Assembly: GCF_009914755.1 (NCBI RefSeq)
Contig: NC_060937.1
Length of the DNA stretch: 64,000 nucleotides
Source: the human T2T-CHM13v2.0 reference genome, Homo sapiens
Strand: one strand, 5' to 3'
Every line of letters begins with the position of its first letter. Position 1 is the first letter of the stretch. The notes under the pieces were generated by a model. The model was given only the letters and a program-made list of their open reading frames with translations, had not been told where the DNA came from and ran no database searches. The translations under genes and the position numbers were made by a program. Of this stretch, positions 58,392 through 64,000 are shown in pieces.

Positions 58392-59207
58392 GTAAGTGTT
58401 TGCCTAGTAAAGTGTACCCTTAGGATGAACTTTTGTGTTTTATTTATGATTCATAGAATCAAAAATGGAAGGACAGTGTATATGGTATATATAAAAAACA
58501 GAATCAAGTGATTAACAGTTAATTTGGAATTACTCTTTAGGAAATTATAATTTGTAATTAAATACCATTCAGTTGTAAAGTCACAAAATGTAATTGAGTG
58601 GTGACCTAGCCTTAAGCCTTAGTTTATAAAATCACTGATCACTGTCCATTGGTGCCATCTGACCCAGGGGTGATTAGATGGCTCAGAAATACCATCTGCC
58701 TTCTGGTGATGGTGCTGGGCCTGATTGCTTTCTGCGAAGAAGGCACTGGAACAGGGAAAGGTCAGAGTAGCTCCCAGGTGGGATGGGTGGCAAAAGTAAT
58801 GGAGGCCAGTGTAAATGCTGGACCAAAGAATTGTTGTAAGATCAATGAGATTTCAATAAAACTGTTACTGAAACACACATCAATTTGGTTATAATGTTAG
58901 GGAAATGGATTGGTTTCAGTGAATTTTCACATTTCAGTTTTATAAAGTAATTAGAGGTCCTGAAGTATGTATATGTTGCTTTATTAATGAATACACATAG
59001 CCAGGTGTGTATTTTTAAAAGTTTGTAAGAGAGCAGTGACTTTTATAAGTGCTAAAATACTGTGTGTTCTATATTTTCAAAATTTTTTACCACAAGTATT
59101 TTTAATGTTTTTTAAATGAAAAAGTCTCATGTCAATAACAATATTAAAAATTTGTATCAGAAATTATGTGCAAATCATGCCAAGTAATCTTTTTTGTTTT
59201 TTAATAG

Positions 59208-59345
59208 CCCAAGAGTGGGGAAGTAACTCCAAGCTGCCCACTACTTTGTGAACTATTATATGAATCTGAATTTGACAGCCAACTGTGGATTATTTTTGAC
59301 CAGAACAAAAGACAGATGGGTTCAGGCGATGCCTATCCACATCAG
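59208..59345 (+). CDS. TPP2: TPP2 exon 21 (138 nt)
   Basis: tttaatag|; [46 protein letters not shown]; donor CAG|GTATAA. Confidence 0.97.
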
Positions 59346-60235
59346 GTATAAAATTGATGGTGATTTTTAGAATTAACGGAAGCTGTTTCCTGAACTAACA
59401 AAATCCTGGTTTCTTGTTATGGTAATGTTCATACTTTAAAAAAAACAAAAATTATAGCTTTGTGTTTAGTACTTTTGCAAACTGTGAGAGCCTGTTTGTT
59501 GTAGTCGGTGAAGAACAGATGGTGTCAACTATTTCACCATGTAGTTGTGCTGAATTAGAGGGGGACAAGGGTGAACCTTGCCCACACTGGCCAGCATAAC
59601 TTTTGGTGTGTGGTGTTTCTCCTTCCTATACACTGATTCTACCTATCTGAAGGTAGAATCATCAAAGCATGCATCAAAGAGATGCGAGCCTCTTGAAATG
59701 ATCCTAAGTCTGAGGGGGCTAAAGAGAGCACTGCAGCAGTGGCCGCATGTCTTCAGTTCATTTGTACTTTTAAATTTACTACCTCGTTGGACAACTCTGT
59801 AATGAGCACTTACTACATACCAGGCACTATGCTTTGTGCTGTTTTATTGAAGGGAAAAATCACATAATTTATAGACATTTTATCCCTTAGATATTACTGC
59901 AAAGAAATGAGATATTTCCTGTAATATGTATAATTTTATGTTGACAAATGAAAATAATTTATGGAGATTTTTTTCAATTAGTTGTTAAAGGAATGGTATC
60001 GATTTTCCTCAAAGCAAGTAGCAGTCACATCTCATTACAGACTGGCCTACTGCAGTGCTATTACTTTGGTTACTTTTTAAATCTCAGAAAAAGTGGCTGA
60101 CACAGGATACAGCATCTCTTCCTCTTGAACCTGTTAAGTGGATAATAGATTTGTATCCCTTGATCTCTATTGGTTTCCTGTTTTTTTCCTGTCTGTAATA
60201 AAGGAGTGACATTTTGGTTGTAATTTGAAGATCAA

Positions 60236-60400
60236 CTGGGCATGGTGGCACATGCCTGTGATCCCGTCTACTCAGGAAGCTGAGGTGGGAGGATCGCTTG
60301 AGCCCTGGAGCTCTAGGCTATGGTGCACTATGATTGCACCAGTTAACAGCCACTGCACTTCAGCCTGGGCAACATAGTGAGTCCCCCTCTCTAAAAGGAA
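60236..60400 (+). mobile_element. Alu monomer (FRAM/FLAM-like)
   Basis: CTGGGCATGGTGGCACATGCCTGT...GCTGAGGTGGGAGGATCGCTTGAGCCC...CAGCCTGGGCAACATAGTGAG. Confidence 0.85.
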
Positions 60401-60430
60401 ATAAGGATTACCAGTAGTCATAAGTTACAC

Positions 60431-60454
60431 GTGTGTGTGTGTGTGTGTGTGTGT
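60431..60454. repeat. (GT)12 microsatellite
   Basis: Direct read of the sequence. Confidence 0.97.
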
Positions 60455-60893
60455 ATTTGTCCTAGATATTCTATGGTGCCTCAATTTTGCTCATTTTTTT
60501 GGTAGTGTTTCTTATATGTCTCTGAGGGACCCATGAACTAGAAAATCACTGCTTTTGTCATTCTCAAGCAGACACTGAGTTTTGCTAAAAGTGTGGGAGT
60601 ATTCTGTCGTTCTGGAAAGAATGAGGGCTTTGAAGTCAGACCTGACTCCAGCTCTCTTATACTTTACTCTGTGTGATGTTAGGCAAGTCACTTGATGTCC
60701 CTGATCCTGTCTGCTCACCAGCGTACTAGGGACTTTATGTGTTATATGAACGTCTGGATAGTTAGTGCCTTGCACTGTACCTCACATATTATGAACAAGT
60801 CTGTGAATGGTAACTTTCACTTTATCCTCTTTCAGTGATTTCCGTTGACTTGGTTAAACTTAACTTTTCCCAAATGTTGTTTTTCTTTTTCAG

Positions 60894-61138
60894 TATTCTT
60901 TGAAACTGGAGAAAGGAGATTATACAATTCGACTACAGATTCGCCATGAGCAAATCAGTGATTTGGAACGCCTTAAAGACCTTCCATTTATTGTTTCTCA
61001 TAGATTGTCTAATACCTTGAGCTTAGATATTCATGAAAATCATAGTTTTGCACTTCTAGGGAAGAAGAAATCAAGCAATTTGACATTACCACCCAAATAT
61101 AACCAGCCATTCTTTGTTACTTCCTTACCTGATGATAA
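60894..61138 (+). CDS. TPP2: TPP2 exon 22 (245 nt)
   Basis: tttttcag|; [29 protein letters not shown]...[11 protein letters not shown](K); donor TAA|GTAAGT. Confidence 0.97.
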
Positions 61139-61395
61139 GTAAGTGATAACATTGCTTATACTTACTGCCCATCTTATACACTGTAGTCCTTTTAATGTCA
61201 GTTTATGACATCTAGGCTAAATTTAGAGGATGTAGTCATTTTTTTTTTGGCTGAAGTTATTTCTTCCTTTGATTTTTGAAGTCTTAGCTATGGGAATGAA
61301 TTCAGTGTGGAATTGTTTTCATGTTTTTCCCCTTACTTGTCTTTGTGAAACTTTCTCTTTTGTTGCTTTTTTTCTCTTTGAATTCTCTTGTTTAG

Positions 61396-61474
61396 AATAC
61401 CTAAAGGGGCAGGACCTGGATGCTATCTTGCAGGATCCTTAACATTGTCAAAGACTGAACTAGGAAAGAAAGCT
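61396..61474 (+). CDS. TPP2: TPP2 exon 23 (79 nt)
   Basis: gtttag|; IPKGAGPGCYLAGSLTLSKTELGKKA; donor GCT|GTAAGT; cumulative CDS 2952 nt. Confidence 0.96.
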
Positions 61475-63346
61475 GTAAGTATTAGTTTTTTAAACACTGA
61501 AATTACCTATTAAAAAATTTCATTTCTTTAAAGATAAGAATTAATTCCACATTTCAGAATGGATAAAAGAGAAGATATACTCTTGGGGAAAAAAATTTAA
61601 TCCTTTTTTCCCAGGTTACTAGTGAAAGTCAGTTAATATTTAGTTGTCTTTTAAAATGTATCCTACTTTTGAAATATTTAGGCTTCTTTTTCACAAGCCT
61701 ACAGTACTCAGGCCCTGAACCTGTCTTACCTCCTACGGCTAATACACTTGAACTTCCTGTGAAACATGTAAATACAAATCAAACTTGGCTTAAATACATG
61801 TGATATTTAAGATTAGAACATGTTATAGAAATTTAACCAATAAGATTGGTTGTCCATATAAGATTATGGACATAGGAATAAATCAGATTATCTTGGGGTG
61901 CTTTTAAAAAGTAGTCAGAACAATTACCCTAAAACATGTTTCTTCACACTTCTACAGACCTATCTCATTGGAATTTCACATGGTTAAGTAGGAAAATATG
62001 AGATATTTCTTTTGGTATTGCCTTTTAATTTCAAAATGATGCTTTTTTTAGAAATATGTTTCTGGTTGTTGTACTTTAGACATATATGTTACAGTTTTAT
62101 AAGTACCTACCTGTTTTTGTTTTTTCCTTCTATGTTTTCATTACAAATTTATTATGAGAATGATGTTTATATAGATCTATCACCTTTTGTCATAATAATC
62201 ATTTTAGCTCAATGCCAGTAAAAGTTGTCATTCTTAACAGTTTTGCATTTCTCTGTACTATTACTTCTTACAGAGCTAAGTAAGCCTGCTACATAAATGC
62301 TGTTATCAAAATGAGTAGTTCTCATACATCTTAAGAATTATATTTATTTTTTGCCACTATTGAACCAAAGGCCATTTATTTACTGTCATTGAAGCATAAT
62401 TGGGGAAACTTGTGCTTAGAAAGTTGCCTACCCTGACATTTCTTGGGTCTCATTTCAGTTTATACTGTTTATACATACGTACTTTAGTATAATTTGAAGT
62501 AAATCAATAGTTAATGGTTTGTAATTAATACATGCACTGATTTAAGAAACCCTGGTAGTTTTTTTTGTAGATTTCATTTCACAGGAAGCATAGCTGCTTC
62601 AGCTATTGGGCGTCAGCTGTGAATTTTCGTTCAGATGACAGATGACACTTTGAAGAGTCTGCTTACTTGTGAAGAGTATAACAGAAAAGCATTATTAGTA
62701 AAAGTGGGCTTTTAGCAATTCAGAAATAGTTACTACTTCCCAGTTACATTGTTTTAGGAGACAATTGTGAAATTAAATTATAAATATGTGGTGTTAACTA
62801 TGGTAGCTATTTATCAAGGGAGACCTTCCTGGGAGAAAGCAGTAACTTAAAGCTGTTGAGTTCATTATAACTTCCATCACATTGTTTATGTAATCTTTTC
62901 TCAGTGGTTTAGCGTTTTCTTGTTTTTTGGTAGTTGGGAAGGTAACTTTCACTTCACTTTGACTTTCACAGTAACTTTGTTGCTTTTTATAAGAATGTAT
63001 AGGCAATGGGGTTGTTGTGGTACCCTTTAATCAGACTAGACCATCAACTAAATTTACTATTTTAAGAAATGCTTTTATAAGTAATAGATTTTGATCTACT
63101 AAATTTTTCAATAAGAAGTTGACATGTACTCTTAGTAATAACATATTTGAGTACTTTTTCTTATGTAAGGAATGAAAGTGGCAATGTTGCTTTCTTTAAA
63201 AGCATGCCATCTTAATCACAGACCTGAGCCTTCTAAGTGGTGTAACACAGGTGGAACATAAACTGAAAGACAATTAGACAGAGGTTCTGTCTCCATCCTG
63301 TGTAGATTATGCATGTTTTCTTACAGAATGTCGTTCTAACTCCCAG

Positions 63347-63385
63347 GGGCAGTCTGCAGCAAAACGACAAGGAAAATTTAAAAAG
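63347..63385 (+). CDS. TPP2: TPP2 alternative 39-nt cassette exon (GQSAAKRQGKFKK)
   Basis: ctcccag|GGGCAG...AAAAAG|gtactg; phase 0-0, 13 codons; matches the known 13-residue insert of the long TPPII splice variant. Confidence 0.93.
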
Positions 63386-64000
63386 GTACTGATTGTCAGT
63401 TCTTAAAAAAGATGTCTTAAAGCCTTATTTGCATATTAAACTTTTTTCTGTCACTATTATAAACCTTTTTTTTAATAAGTCTCCCTTAGTTTCCTTTCTT
63501 TGCATTCTAAAGTATAGTGCTCTTAGCTGTACTTAGAAGCATTGTTGACATACTGCTTTTCTAAAGGTTTTTTTTTTTTCCCCACCATAAATTCCTGGAT
63601 GACTCATTTTCTCTGTGTATACAAAAATTTTAATGCTATTCATTTCTTGCTACAGATATGATAACAAGTAGCAATATTTGAAATTTTTCATATTTACAAT
63701 TTTATAGAGAGATGGATGTGATAATTTTTTTTTTTTTAGCCATATAAGCTAAAGCACTTATTTTTAAAGTCTAAAAGCACTTTTAAATTGGGTGATTTGA
63801 TTAATAAAATGTTGCAGCTTTTTAAAGCGAACTTTATTCCCTGCTCTTGTATCCATTCTGGTTCTGAAAGAAGAGAAACAATAAAGATCAATGGATGTAG
63901 CAGGAACAGAAATAAGGACTGTTCACTGACAATTAAAGCTTATGCTAAGAACACAGATTTTAAGCCCATCGCTACTAAGTGGTCTGATCAGCCTCTCTGC

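Overview
This is primate (human-like) genomic DNA, AT-rich and dense in Alu, L1, L2, MaLR and DNA-transposon fossils. It holds the promoter CpG island and the first 24 coding exons of TPP2 (tripeptidyl-peptidase II, subtilisin S8 family) on the + strand. I joined the exons by hand from ATG 9045. Exons 1-23 give 2952 nt (984 codons) with consistent phases and GT-AG introns, placing Asp44, His264, Asn362 and Ser449 in exons 1, 7, 9 and 11. The known 39-nt cassette exon (GQSAAKRQGKFKK) is at 63347-63385, and the gene continues beyond the window. I see no prokaryotic-type system, CRISPR array or clear RNA gene. The best leads are regulatory: an orphan CpG-rich promoter-like element about 4.5 kb upstream, a 43-codon +1-frame ORF behind a weak-context start codon, a recursive-splice-like exon 15, two U12-like donors, splicing control around the 39-nt exon, inverted Alu pairs, and a 28-nt insertion flanked by 17-bp direct repeats. 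Repeat family names and boundaries are recognised by eye and approximate.
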